NCBI GenBank assembly: GCA_964383875.1 | Contig: CAYLJD010000001.1 | Span: 3,299-67,298, forward strand | DNA length: 64,000 nucleotides | DNA from: an uncultured Halobacteriales archaeon | Lineage (GTDB): Archaea > Halobacteriota > Halobacteria > Halobacteriales > Haloarculaceae | Reading direction: 5' to 3' | Shown here: in pieces, positions 9,180-17,710 of the stretch | Layout of the letters: each line of letters starts with the position of its first letter | Numbering within the stretch: the first letter of the stretch is position 1 | Position numbers and translations under genes: made by a program | The notes under the pieces: generated by a model | The model's input: only the letters and a program-made list of their open reading frames with translations | Told to the model about the DNA's origin: nothing | The model's database searches: none

Positions 9180-9660
9180 CTGCCACGGTCCCAGAATCCG
9201 CCGTCACGTCGTCCTGATCGGTCCCCTCGGAGGGGCGGCCGTCGCTGACGAGAAACCGATCCGCGACGTCAGCAGTCGGAACCATACACGCCTCGCGTCG
9301 GCCGAAAATGCGGTAGCGATGGGTCGCGATCAGGTCGTAGACCGCGTCACGAAGCGGACGGGGGACGTACCGGAACGGCGAGAGCAGTCGGTACCGTCCG
9401 CCCAATCGACTCGCGACGCGAACTGCGGCCTCGGACTTCGTGTAGCACTCGCCATCGGCCACGAGGACCCACGTGTTCCGCTGCGCCGGGTCCATGCCGC
9501 ACGCGGCGAGCAACGACGCACCCGGATCCGACTGAATAGGGGCGAACCGGAACTCCCCGGCCGGGTCCCGACGGATCACGAACTGGACGCCCCAGTTACA
9601 GAGATTGCAGACCCCGTCGAACAGCACCACCGGGTGGTCGGTTTCGACGGATCCCGACAT
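9169..9660 (-). CDS. thiol-disulfide oxidoreductase DCC family protein (DUF393)
   Basis: The N-terminal motif VLFDGVCNLCNWGVQFVIRRD (CxxC) is typical of the DCC/DUF393 family. Starts at ATG 9660. Confidence 0.8.
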   Translation of the reverse strand: MSGSVETDHPVVLFDGVCNLCNWGVQFVIRRDPAGEFRFAPIQSDPGASLLAACGMDPAQRNTWVLVADGECYTKSEAAVRVASRLGGRYRLLSPFRYVPRPLRDAVYDLIATHRYRIFGRREACMVPTADVADRFLVSDGRPSEGTDQDDVTADSGTVADVG

Positions 9661-9841
9661 CAGTCACAGGTACGGAGACGAGCCTGTTGAGGGTTCCGAC
9701 CGGGGCCATCTCCACCCGGGACACGCGACCGCGCCGTGAGATGTACCCACTGCAGCTCGCCAGAGCGACGCTGACGACCGGGAGATTGTCCAGGCCAAGG
9801 TGGTGGGTGTCGTCGCCTCACCGCGCCGGTATTTCCGTGGC

Positions 9842-9848
9842 TTTATGC
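9842..9848 (+). promoter_or_regulatory. TATA-like box for pckA (leaderless-type spacing)
   Basis: The element tttatg(c) is centred about 29 nt upstream of ATG 9874. That spacing is expected for haloarchaeal leaderless transcripts. Confidence 0.35.
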
Positions 9849-9873
9849 CCCCCGCTGGCGACCTTCTGCACAC

Positions 9874-11394
9874 ATGACATCGCCGCGGGTGGAGGCGTCC
9901 GTGCTGACGGACGCGCTCCCTGACCCGAGGACGGCGCCGAACGTCAGGCACAATCCGACGTTCGAGACGCTGCGGGACCTGGCGGCGGACGACGAGACGA
10001 CCACCGAATTCGGGAGTCCGAGCTACGTCAGCGACCAGCGATCGCGCAGTGCCGACTGTACGAAGAATCTGATTGACGATCCTTTCGACGACGGCGATTG
10101 GGGCGCCATTCAGGACGCCCTCGACATCGCTGCCGAAACCGACCTCGTCTGTCTGGATCGGCGGCTCGGCCGGCATCCGGAAACTTCGTACATCTGTCGG
10201 CTCTACGTCCCGACAGACTTCGCCCGGATTGCGCTCGCCTGGGGGAAGCTCCTCGAACCGGCCGACGGCGACCCGGACTTTCGGACCCTCCAGCTTCCGG
10301 ACTGGGACGCCCGCGAACACTGCCGGCGCCGCATCCGTGTCCTCCCGGACGAGGGGTTGACGTTCGTGCTCGGGAGCGACTACACCGGCGAGGCCAAGAA
10401 GTCATTTCTCCGGCTGTTCATGTATCGCGTCAAACAACACGGAGGTCTCGGTCTCCACGCGGGGACCAAACGACTCAGGATCGAGGGAGACGGCGAACTG
10501 CGGACGGTCGGCCAGGCCTTCCTCGGACTGTCGGGAACCGGAAAGTCCACGCTGACCGGCCACGGCTGCTGGCTCGACGAGCCGGAATGGGCGCACATGC
10601 TCCAGGACGACGTGTGTGGTTTCCTCCCGGACGGACAGGTCACCGGGAGCGAGGGCCTCGGGCTGTACATCAAGACGTTGGGGCTCGACGAGAACGAACA
10701 GCCGCAACTCTACCGGGCGGCCACACACGAGAGTGCCGTCTTCGAGAACGTCGCCGTCGAGTCCGACGGGACCGTCGACTTCGACAACGACGACCTGACG
10801 GGAAACGGCCGAGCCGTTATCCAGCGTGAGTGCCTCGAAAGTGCCGCCGATGACATCGACCTCCAATCGATCGACCAGGTGTTTTTCATCACCCGGAACC
10901 CGCTGATGCCGCCGGTCGCCCGACTCACCCCCCGGCAGGCCGCGGTCGCGTTCATGCTGGGCGAATCAGTCCAGACCAGTGCTGGAGATCCAGACGCCGC
11001 CGGGGAGTCGATTCGCGTCGTCGGGACGAACCCCTTCATCATCGGGCCGGCGGGCGAGGAGGGGAACCGGTTCTACGAGTTGATCGCGGCAAACGACGTC
11101 GAGTGTTTCGTCATCAACACCGGCTACGTCGGCCCCGCCAAGGCCGACATCGGCGTCCGCGAGTCGGTCAACATTCTTGTTGGCGCCGCCCGGGGGGACC
11201 TCGAGTGGGACCACGACGACACGCTCGGGCTGGACATCCCGACGTCGGTGCCCGGAACGAACGTCCAGGTCTTCTATCCGCCGGACCACTACGAGGATTT
11301 CGAGGCTGAGGTAGCGGCGTTGCGCGCCGAACGCCGCGAGTACCTCGAGGCGTTCGAGTCGCTGGACGAGACCATCATCGACGCGGTCTATTAA
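9874..11394 (+). CDS. pckA: phosphoenolpyruvate carboxykinase (ATP)
   Basis: Motifs are characteristic of ATP-dependent PEPCK: kinase-1a GLSGTGKSTL, GSDYTGEAKKS, and NGRAVI...FFITRNPLMPPV. Confidence 0.9.
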   Translation: MTSPRVEASVLTDALPDPRTAPNVRHNPTFETLRDLAADDETTTEFGSPSYVSDQRSRSADCTKNLIDDPFDDGDWGAIQDALDIAAETDLVCLDRRLGRHPETSYICRLYVPTDFARIALAWGKLLEPADGDPDFRTLQLPDWDAREHCRRRIRVLPDEGLTFVLGSDYTGEAKKSFLRLFMYRVKQHGGLGLHAGTKRLRIEGDGELRTVGQAFLGLSGTGKSTLTGHGCWLDEPEWAHMLQDDVCGFLPDGQVTGSEGLGLYIKTLGLDENEQPQLYRAATHESAVFENVAVESDGTVDFDNDDLTGNGRAVIQRECLESAADDIDLQSIDQVFFITRNPLMPPVARLTPRQAAVAFMLGESVQTSAGDPDAAGESIRVVGTNPFIIGPAGEEGNRFYELIAANDVECFVINTGYVGPAKADIGVRESVNILVGAARGDLEWDHDDTLGLDIPTSVPGTNVQVFYPPDHYEDFEAEVAALRAERREYLEAFESLDETIIDAVY

Positions 11395-11526
11395 GGCGCG
11401 TCGAGGGGAGTTTGTGACGTGGAGCTGTGAATCCCAAAGTCGGTGATCGGTCACCATCGCGCTCGGACGTGGCCGATGCACGACCGGGCCGACAGCTTTT
11501 GCCCCTCGGGCGCTCAGGGTCGGGCG

Positions 11527-12243
11527 ATGGACCGACGTCGGTTTCTGGTGACGAGCGCCACCGCGGCCATCGCTGGGTGTCTCGGCGGGACCCCCACGGG
11601 ATCCGGATCCACCGCCCCAAACAGCACAAACACCTCGTCCTCGCCGACTGACAACGGAGGCGCACAACTGACCGACCACCCGGCTGCGCAGGCGCTGGCG
11701 ACGCAGCCGGTCCGTGGTCCGGATCCACCCGAGGCACCCGGCCTGATCGTGGCCTTCGAAGATCCTTCGTGTCCGACCTGTCGACGTTTCGAACAGAACG
11801 TCGTGCCGACGATCCGTCGCGAACTGATCGAGCCCGGCGACGTGGCCTACGTCTTTCGGGGGTACCCGGTCGTCTATCCCTGGGGCGAACCGGCGGTTCG
11901 GGCACTCGAATCGACCTACGCGCGTGACCCGGCCGCCCACTGGGCACTCGTCGATCACTACTTCGACCAGCAGGAGGCGTACCGCCGTGCAGGCGTCGAC
12001 GCCGTCTACGAACGCACCGAAACGTTCCTCCAGGACGAGACGGAGCTCCAGGCAGGGAGTATTCTCGATGAGGCCAGGAACGGCCTCCACGACGAGGCAG
12101 TCCAGTCAGACCTGGATGCCGGCATGGCGGCCGGTGCCGGGCGAACGACCCCGCATCTCTTTCTGTTTCGAAACGGCGAGTTTCGGACGAAAACTGCCGG
12201 CCGTGTCAGCTACGACACGGTCTCCACCGTTTTGGGGTTCTGA
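11527..12243 (+). CDS. DsbA/thioredoxin-fold lipoprotein (Tat signal + lipobox, CPTC active site)
   Basis: Starts at ATG 11527. MDRRRFLVTSATAAIAGC combines a twin-arginine signal with a lipobox Cys. A Ser/Thr-rich linker follows, then EDPSCPTCRRFE (CxxC) in a DsbA-like fold. Confidence 0.8.
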   Translation: MDRRRFLVTSATAAIAGCLGGTPTGSGSTAPNSTNTSSSPTDNGGAQLTDHPAAQALATQPVRGPDPPEAPGLIVAFEDPSCPTCRRFEQNVVPTIRRELIEPGDVAYVFRGYPVVYPWGEPAVRALESTYARDPAAHWALVDHYFDQQEAYRRAGVDAVYERTETFLQDETELQAGSILDEARNGLHDEAVQSDLDAGMAAGAGRTTPHLFLFRNGEFRTKTAGRVSYDTVSTVLGF

Positions 12244-12830
12244 TGGTCCGGTTGCCAACGCGGCGATCGGACTGGCGGCTCCTCGCCCGGACAGTCAGGC
12301 TAGTCCTCGGGATCCCCTTCTATGCGGCTTTGGCGAGCCTCTACGCAGTGACCGCGGTGTCGGTCTTTGCCGTATCCCAGAATCTCGCGCTGGTCAAGTT
12401 CCTGCTGACGGGCCCGCTCGCCCTCTCCGATAGGGCCCGGATTTTCCTCGACCTCTACCCGATACTCGGACCGCTGTACCGCCCGGTCACCGGCGTTGCG
12501 CTCGTGGGCGTCGCCGTGCTCGTCGGCGTCGATCTGGCGCTCGTCACGTACCACGTCCGCGAGCACGGACTCTCGACCGAAGGGAGCAGCGGCAGTGCGG
12601 TTGGGGTGGTCCTCGGCGTCCTCGGTGCCGGCTGTGCGGCGTGTGGGTCGGCCATCCTCGTCGGTCTCCTCTCGCTCCTCGGCGGCGCGGGGCTGGTGAC
12701 GCTGCTGCCGCTGGAGGGGCTCGAGTTCACCGTCCTCGCGACTGGTGTCCTCGTCCTTTCGCTCTTCTGGCTCGCCGACGGGATGCGTGGCGGCGAGATC
12801 CGCGGCTGTCCGGTGGACGGACAGCGTTGA
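12243..12830 (+). CDS. integral membrane protein with intramembrane CxxC (GAGCAACGSA), coupled to the DsbA-like gene
   Basis: ATG 12243 shares one nt with the upstream TGA (TGATG). The protein has about 4 TM helices, CAAC at the start of a TM helix, and an extra Cys near the C-terminus (RGCPVDG). Confidence 0.75.
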   Translation: MVRLPTRRSDWRLLARTVRLVLGIPFYAALASLYAVTAVSVFAVSQNLALVKFLLTGPLALSDRARIFLDLYPILGPLYRPVTGVALVGVAVLVGVDLALVTYHVREHGLSTEGSSGSAVGVVLGVLGAGCAACGSAILVGLLSLLGGAGLVTLLPLEGLEFTVLATGVLVLSLFWLADGMRGGEIRGCPVDGQR

Positions 12831-12872
12831 GCCCACCACCTTAAGCGCAATCGGTCCGTAGGCGGGCCAGAG

Positions 12873-13250
12873 ATGGCCACGGAGCCCGCCTTCGAGATTC
12901 CGTCGCGACCGGACCGGCGGTTTCCTGCGGGTGGCGGCGTCGAGTTTCACGGCGGGACTCGTTTCGATCTCCGGCCGTCCGAGACGCCCGATGACCTGAC
13001 GCTCCCGGACCTCGTCGCGGCTGTCCTGGAACGTGGTCCGTACCGCTTCGGCGAGTTCGTGGAGTTACCGATGCCGCTGTATCTCGTGCGCGACGACGAA
13101 ACAGGGGACGTCTTCCGCGTCTCGATTCGTGACGGCGCTGTCAGGCTCCACGTGTTACCGGAGACCGAGTCCACTGGCCTGCGGGCCTTCTACCAGCGGT
13201 TGGCCGACCGAGCGGCGGTCGAATGGTCGGTCGAAACGAGGGAAAACTGA
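12873..13250 (+). CDS. hypothetical acidic protein (125 aa)
   Basis: A clean ATG-initiated ORF with acidic composition and GC3-rich codons. No family is recognised. Confidence 0.6.
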   Translation: MATEPAFEIPSRPDRRFPAGGGVEFHGGTRFDLRPSETPDDLTLPDLVAAVLERGPYRFGEFVELPMPLYLVRDDETGDVFRVSIRDGAVRLHVLPETESTGLRAFYQRLADRAAVEWSVETREN

Positions 13251-13315
13251 GACGGGTGCAACCCCCGGGCAGAGAACCCATAACCGGTTTAGGGACCCCT
13301 CGCGTTCCTCCGGGC

Positions 13316-14542
13316 ATGACTGTCTCGCGCGAAGTCGAGCTCGAGGGCCACATCATCGACTCCGGAATGATGCAGGCCTGCTTCGGGATCATCATGGACA
13401 TGGGTGGATCCTTCGAGGTCGAAGAGTTCGACATCGGTCGCCACGAGACTGCCCACTCCTACGCCCGACTCCTCGTCGAGGCCGACGACGAGTCGACACT
13501 CCAGTCGATTCTGCACGAACTCCACCAGAACGGTGCGAACCCCTCTGACCCGAAAGACGCGACGCTGGAAGCCGCCCCGACCGACAACGTCGTCCCCGCC
13601 GGCTTTTATTCGACGACGAATCACCCGACCGAGGTGCGGGTCAATGGCGAGTGGCTCGCGGTCGAGAACATCGAGATGGACTGTGCTGTCGTTGTCGAAC
13701 CGGACAAACCACGAGCCTACACTGAGACGCTGAACGCCATCGAGGCTGGCGACCTGGTCGTCACGGGTGAAACCGGCATTCGCGTCCATCCACCTGAGCG
13801 TCCCAGAGACCGCGAGGGGGCGTTTGGATTCATGCAGGGCGGGGTCTCATCGGAGCGGCCCTCGGAGTCGACGATATCCGAAGTGGCCGAAGCGATCCGG
13901 GAGACCAAGCGCGAGGGGGGCGAGATTCTGGCCGTCTGTGGCCCGGCGCTCATCCACTCGGGAGCCCGAGAAGACCTCGCGCGCCTCGTCCGTGAAGGCT
14001 ACGTCGACATGCTCTCGACTGGCAACGGCTTCGCCGTCCACGATCTCGAGCGGGACATCTTCGGGACGTCTCTCGGGATGGACACCGAGAGTCTGGACCA
14101 CCCTCGCAAAGGCCACAAGCACCACATTTACACGATCAGTGAGATCATCCGGGCGGGCGGCATCGCGTCCGCGATCGAGTCGGGTACCGTCGAATCCGGC
14201 GTCATGTACGAGTGCGAAGAAAACGACGTGCCGTACGTCATCGCCGGATCGATCCGCGACGACGGGCCGCTCCCCGAGACGATCACCGACGCAATCGAGG
14301 CCCAGGAAGCGATCCGGGAGCAGGCTCACCGAGCGGATCTGGTCCTCATGCTCTCGACGCTGCTCCACTCGGTCGCCGTCGGCAACTGCCTCCCCTCGAC
14401 GACCCGGACCGTCTGTGTCGACATCAATCCCGCGACGGTCACCCAGCTCCTCGACCGGGGGAGTGCCCAGGCAGTCGGCATGGTCACCGACATCGGTACG
14501 TTCGTGCCGATTCTCGCCGAGCACCTCTTCGGCGAGCGGTGA
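13316..14542 (+). CDS. TIGR00300-type protein (LOR/SDH-like N-domain; family that includes archaeal ornithine cyclodeaminase-type enzymes)
   Basis: Starts at ATG 13316. The N-terminal stretch VELEGHIIDSGMMQACFGIIMDMGGSFEVEEFDIG matches the LOR/SDH conserved region. A Rossmann-like C-terminal half follows. The family name is recalled from memory. Confidence 0.7.
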   Translation: MTVSREVELEGHIIDSGMMQACFGIIMDMGGSFEVEEFDIGRHETAHSYARLLVEADDESTLQSILHELHQNGANPSDPKDATLEAAPTDNVVPAGFYSTTNHPTEVRVNGEWLAVENIEMDCAVVVEPDKPRAYTETLNAIEAGDLVVTGETGIRVHPPERPRDREGAFGFMQGGVSSERPSESTISEVAEAIRETKREGGEILAVCGPALIHSGAREDLARLVREGYVDMLSTGNGFAVHDLERDIFGTSLGMDTESLDHPRKGHKHHIYTISEIIRAGGIASAIESGTVESGVMYECEENDVPYVIAGSIRDDGPLPETITDAIEAQEAIREQAHRADLVLMLSTLLHSVAVGNCLPSTTRTVCVDINPATVTQLLDRGSAQAVGMVTDIGTFVPILAEHLFGER

Positions 14543-14644
14543 CCACCGTCCTCCACGCGCAGCCACGACCCTATCGGGCGGGTCCCTGCGGCTGGCTCGC
14601 CAGTGCCACGAGTGTCACCACAAACGGGGGTGGTACGGCCCGGC

Positions 14645-14917
14645 TCAGACGCCCTCGAGCGTCTCGCGGTAAGCACGAATGTCGTCGAGGGCCTGTTCAA
14701 TCGTGACGGCGGTGTCGTCGCCGACGGTCGCCTGGACCTGGTCGAGTCCAGACTGGATCCGGGCGAGTCGCCCGTGATCCGGGCCATGCTCCGATGATGC
14801 CAACCGATCAAGTTGGTCGGCTAGCTCTCCGAGGCGTGCTGCCGCGTCCCCATCGGTCGCGCTGCCGGCGGCCGATTCCAGGCGGTCGGCGGCGCTCGCT
14901 AGTTCCGATCGTGACAT
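14645..14917 (-). CDS. hypothetical small acidic helical protein (90 aa)
   Basis: An ATG-initiated ORF rich in Asp, Glu, Ala and Leu, like haloarchaeal small helical proteins. No family is recognised. Confidence 0.55.
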   Translation of the reverse strand: MSRSELASAADRLESAAGSATDGDAAARLGELADQLDRLASSEHGPDHGRLARIQSGLDQVQATVGDDTAVTIEQALDDIRAYRETLEGV

Positions 14918-14995
14918 GTGTCGCGGTAGAGCGTGTGTGGCGAAAACCGTTGTGGTCGGAACTATCCGTGCGAATTCTCACGGACTGATCAGTGA

Positions 14996-15397
14996 TCAGT
15001 CACTGACCAACGGGACACACCGGACCGGCCGCTCCGCCTCGAGCAGGAGATTCTGTGCCGTGCTGCCGAAAATCACCTTGCCGACCGGCGACCGTTTGCG
15101 AATCCCGATGACGTACTCGTCGGCGTCCCACTCCGCAGCGACTGCCAGCAGATCCTCGACCGGCTCGTTCCCGCGGACAAACTGGTGCCGTTCGACCGAG
15201 ACGGCTGGATCGATACCATCGACCAACGTATCGAGGGCTGCCTCGCCTTCCTCCACGGCCGCTGTGGACGTCTCCTCACCGCCGGGAAGTGAATTGAGGG
15301 CGTAGACCTGATCGGTGGCGTCCACCACGGTGGCCAGATACTCGCTCAGTCGGTTGCTTGTCTGTTGCCCATCAGTGCCCACGAGGAGGCGCGTCAT
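14996..15397 (-). CDS. universal stress protein (UspA family)
   Basis: Starts at ATG 15397 (MTRLLVGTDG...). The C-terminal motif VIGIRKRSPVGKVIFGSTAQNLLLEAERPV is typical of the USP ATP-binding region. Confidence 0.8.
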   Translation of the reverse strand: MTRLLVGTDGQQTSNRLSEYLATVVDATDQVYALNSLPGGEETSTAAVEEGEAALDTLVDGIDPAVSVERHQFVRGNEPVEDLLAVAAEWDADEYVIGIRKRSPVGKVIFGSTAQNLLLEAERPVRCVPLVSD

Positions 15398-15572
15398 AGC
15401 TATCCCTTCGAGGTGGGGCCGCATAAAGCCCCGACGTCACCCAGCTCGTTATTGTCGATGGCGGCTCTGATGGTCGTGTGGACGCGACACAGTTCCTCGT
15501 GGTGTCGCTCAACGCCGCGCTGATTACCGACCTGGCGTAACACCTCGAAGATGTGAAGGACGTCGATGGACA

Positions 15573-15769
15573 GTGCGCGTCGCCGGCGACACCGGGATGC
15601 CCCTCGTCGTCACCGGCACAGGCGAGACGATGCACGCCGCTCGCGAGCACGCCGACGATCGCATCGACGACATCGTGATCCCGAATATGTACTACCGGAC
15701 GACATCGGGGAGCGATGGAGGACAGGAGACGGCGATCGGCTGCAGGCCTGGGGCTACCTAGGGCCGTAG
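15573..15769 (+). pseudogene. relic of the C-terminal domain of a PurD-like (phosphoribosylamine-glycine ligase) gene, frameshifted
   Basis: Two frames joined by an apparent 1-nt deletion near 15699-15703 read ...PLVVTGTGETMHAAREHADDRIDDIVIPNMYYR|TDIGERWRTGDGDRLQAWGYLGP*. This resembles the PurD C-terminus pattern G-x-T-x3-A-x3-A-y-x2-i-x2-I-x5-YRxDIG. No N-terminal 350 aa is present, because the USP gene starts about 175 nt upstream. Confidence 0.35.
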
Positions 15770-15895
15770 ACCGGCGCCCCGCCTGAGTGCCGGATCGTGT
15801 CACAGACACGGAGCGAAGACTTATTGATCCGAGCGACGCACCGTTCAGTCGTGATTAGTAAATTAGCACAGTCACTTAACAACTCCCGGCAGGAC

Positions 15896-16711
15896 GTGTC
15901 GCTCCTCGGCGTCAGCGCGACAGTCGTCCTGCTCGTCTTCTCTGCGGTAGCGGTCACCCAGAGCCTGACGAAAGTCCTCGTCATCTCTTGGGTGGCGTTT
16001 CTCGCGATGGCAGCTGGGGCGGCACTCGGCGTTCGGGCGGCGACAGCCTATCCTCGACGGCTCGTCTGGGGCTACGGCCTCGCCAGCGGCGCCATGGTGA
16101 CGAGTTCGGCCGTCTTCCTGGTGCCACAGGCCATCGGCATCGACGGGAGCATTGGCGGGTTTGGCGTCGCCATCGGTCTCCTCGTTGGCTACGGCGCCCA
16201 CATCGTGGGCCACCGCCTGTCACACGTCGATCTCGGTCTCGACGTCACGGCGGCCCAAATCTCGGCACACGCACTCTCCGCCGGCGTGATCATCGGCCTG
16301 GTCTACAACTCGATGCCCGAGTTGGGTCTCCTGCTCGGACTGGCGATCGTCTCCCACAAGGGGCCGGCGGGCTACGCGGCGGCAAACAGGCTTCGGGAAT
16401 CAGGGGGCCGACCGTCCGCCATCCTCCTGCCTGCGGCCGGTGTCGGAATCACCGCCATCCCGGCCGCCACCGTTCCACTCCCCAGCGTCGCAGCCGTCAA
16501 TGCGGCCATCTTCGGGTTCGCGGCCGGGGTCTTCCTCCACGTGGCCATGGACTTTCTGCCCTCTTGTGAGGTCGGCGGCGAGGTCGACGAGGTCTGTGGT
16601 CTCTCCGAGCGGTCCCACGAGCTGCTGGACCAGCTCCGCGTCCACGCAGTGGCCAGCACCTTTCTGGGTGGCGTCGCGGTGTTCGTCGGCTGGCTCGCCG
16701 TGGGTGCCTAG
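15896..16711 (+). CDS. ZIP family metal (Zn/Fe) transporter
   Basis: A multi-TM protein with ZIP-type motifs (HIVGHRLSH, ISAHALSAGVIIG, AIVSHKGPAGY, FLHVAMDFLP). GTG 15896 is preferred because an AT-rich TATA-like gattagtaaattagc lies about 30-40 nt upstream. The track start at 15797 and a GTG at 15851 are alternatives. Confidence 0.75.
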   Translation: MSLLGVSATVVLLVFSAVAVTQSLTKVLVISWVAFLAMAAGAALGVRAATAYPRRLVWGYGLASGAMVTSSAVFLVPQAIGIDGSIGGFGVAIGLLVGYGAHIVGHRLSHVDLGLDVTAAQISAHALSAGVIIGLVYNSMPELGLLLGLAIVSHKGPAGYAAANRLRESGGRPSAILLPAAGVGITAIPAATVPLPSVAAVNAAIFGFAAGVFLHVAMDFLPSCEVGGEVDEVCGLSERSHELLDQLRVHAVASTFLGGVAVFVGWLAVGA

Positions 16712-17220
16712 AGTGCTCGCCGGGTTTCCGGATCGTCGAGCTCCCACAGGACTGCCGGGAGGAACGCCTCGAGATTGTCGATGAGTCGCCGTTCGCTGAC
16801 GTCGAGTCCCTCGCAGTGACGGTGTGCGTCGTCGCGAACGGTGACGTGGATGTCGTCGTCCACGACCGTCACGTGCAGTGGAAACACCGAGCACCGCGCC
16901 GGTTTCCAGTTGTGTTCGGCGTGGAGCGCACACAGGCCGTCGTCGTCAAGGAAGAAGCAGGCCTCGCCATCGACGTCGACGTGTTCGTCGCGGTCCTTGG
17001 GTTCACGGCGTACGAAGTCCTCACCACGGAGCTCCGTCGTGGCCTCCGACAACGAGGCGTAGCCCGCCAGTTCGAGAAAGTCCGGCTCGTAGAGCATCAC
17101 GCCGTGGTGGCAACACCAGGTACAGCCGTCGACGCACTCGAAGGTAAGGTCGGGATCGAAATCTACGACGGCTTCTTTCCCGGGATGGACCTCGACGCGC
17201 TGCGGTGAGTCGACGGACAC
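16708..17220 (-). CDS. YkgJ-family cysteine-cluster (Fe-S/Zn) protein
   Basis: Motifs ECVDGCTWCCHHG and ACFFLDDDGLCALH...RCSVFP match the UPF0153/YkgJ pattern. The track ORF runs into tfs, so GTG 17220 (VSVDSPQRVEV) is the first plausible start downstream of the tfs stop. Confidence 0.65.
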   Translation of the reverse strand: MSVDSPQRVEVHPGKEAVVDFDPDLTFECVDGCTWCCHHGVMLYEPDFLELAGYASLSEATTELRGEDFVRREPKDRDEHVDVDGEACFFLDDDGLCALHAEHNWKPARCSVFPLHVTVVDDDIHVTVRDDAHRHCEGLDVSERRLIDNLEAFLPAVLWELDDPETRRAL

Positions 17221-17263
17221 ACCCGCTGGTGGGGGAGCTGGAGTAAAAAGGCCTCGGGCCCGC

Positions 17264-17587
17264 TTACCCGTACTCACGCCACCGATATCCGCAGTCCTTG
17301 CATTTGAAAAATCTGGCCGGCGGCTCGTCGGCGGCGCCGGTCTGCCTGATCTCGTACCACGCTTCGTCGTGGCCACACTCGTCACAGACAATGTCCGTGG
17401 CTGTCGGCTTCCCTTCAAAATCCGCCCCTTCCTCGGTCTCGATGAGTTCCCCCTCTGCCTGCTCATCTGTCGAGACGAACGCTTCAGCCCGCTCCTCGTC
17501 TCGAGGGACTCGGTTGTCGCACTCGGCACAGACCATCTCGTCGCCGTCCGCGTGCATCATGGAGCCACACGCCTCGCAGAACTGCAT
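17264..17587 (-). CDS. tfs: transcription factor S / RNA polymerase subunit M-type Zn-ribbon cleavage factor
   Basis: It has an N-terminal Zn ribbon (CEACGSMM...CAEC) and a C-terminal TFIIS-type ribbon (CDECGHDEAWYEIRQTGAADEPPARFFKCKDCGYRW) with the acidic ADE loop. Confidence 0.9.
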   Translation of the reverse strand: MQFCEACGSMMHADGDEMVCAECDNRVPRDEERAEAFVSTDEQAEGELIETEEGADFEGKPTATDIVCDECGHDEAWYEIRQTGAADEPPARFFKCKDCGYRWREYG

Positions 17588-17710
17588 GCCGGGACATCGC
17601 GGTGGAGTTCAACCAGTCTTTCGGGTCGCAGTGAGGCCGCGGCAGTGGCAGCGGGCCCATTCGACCCGCACAACATTCCCGAGCACCGATTGAGGAGTCC
17701 TGAGACAGGC

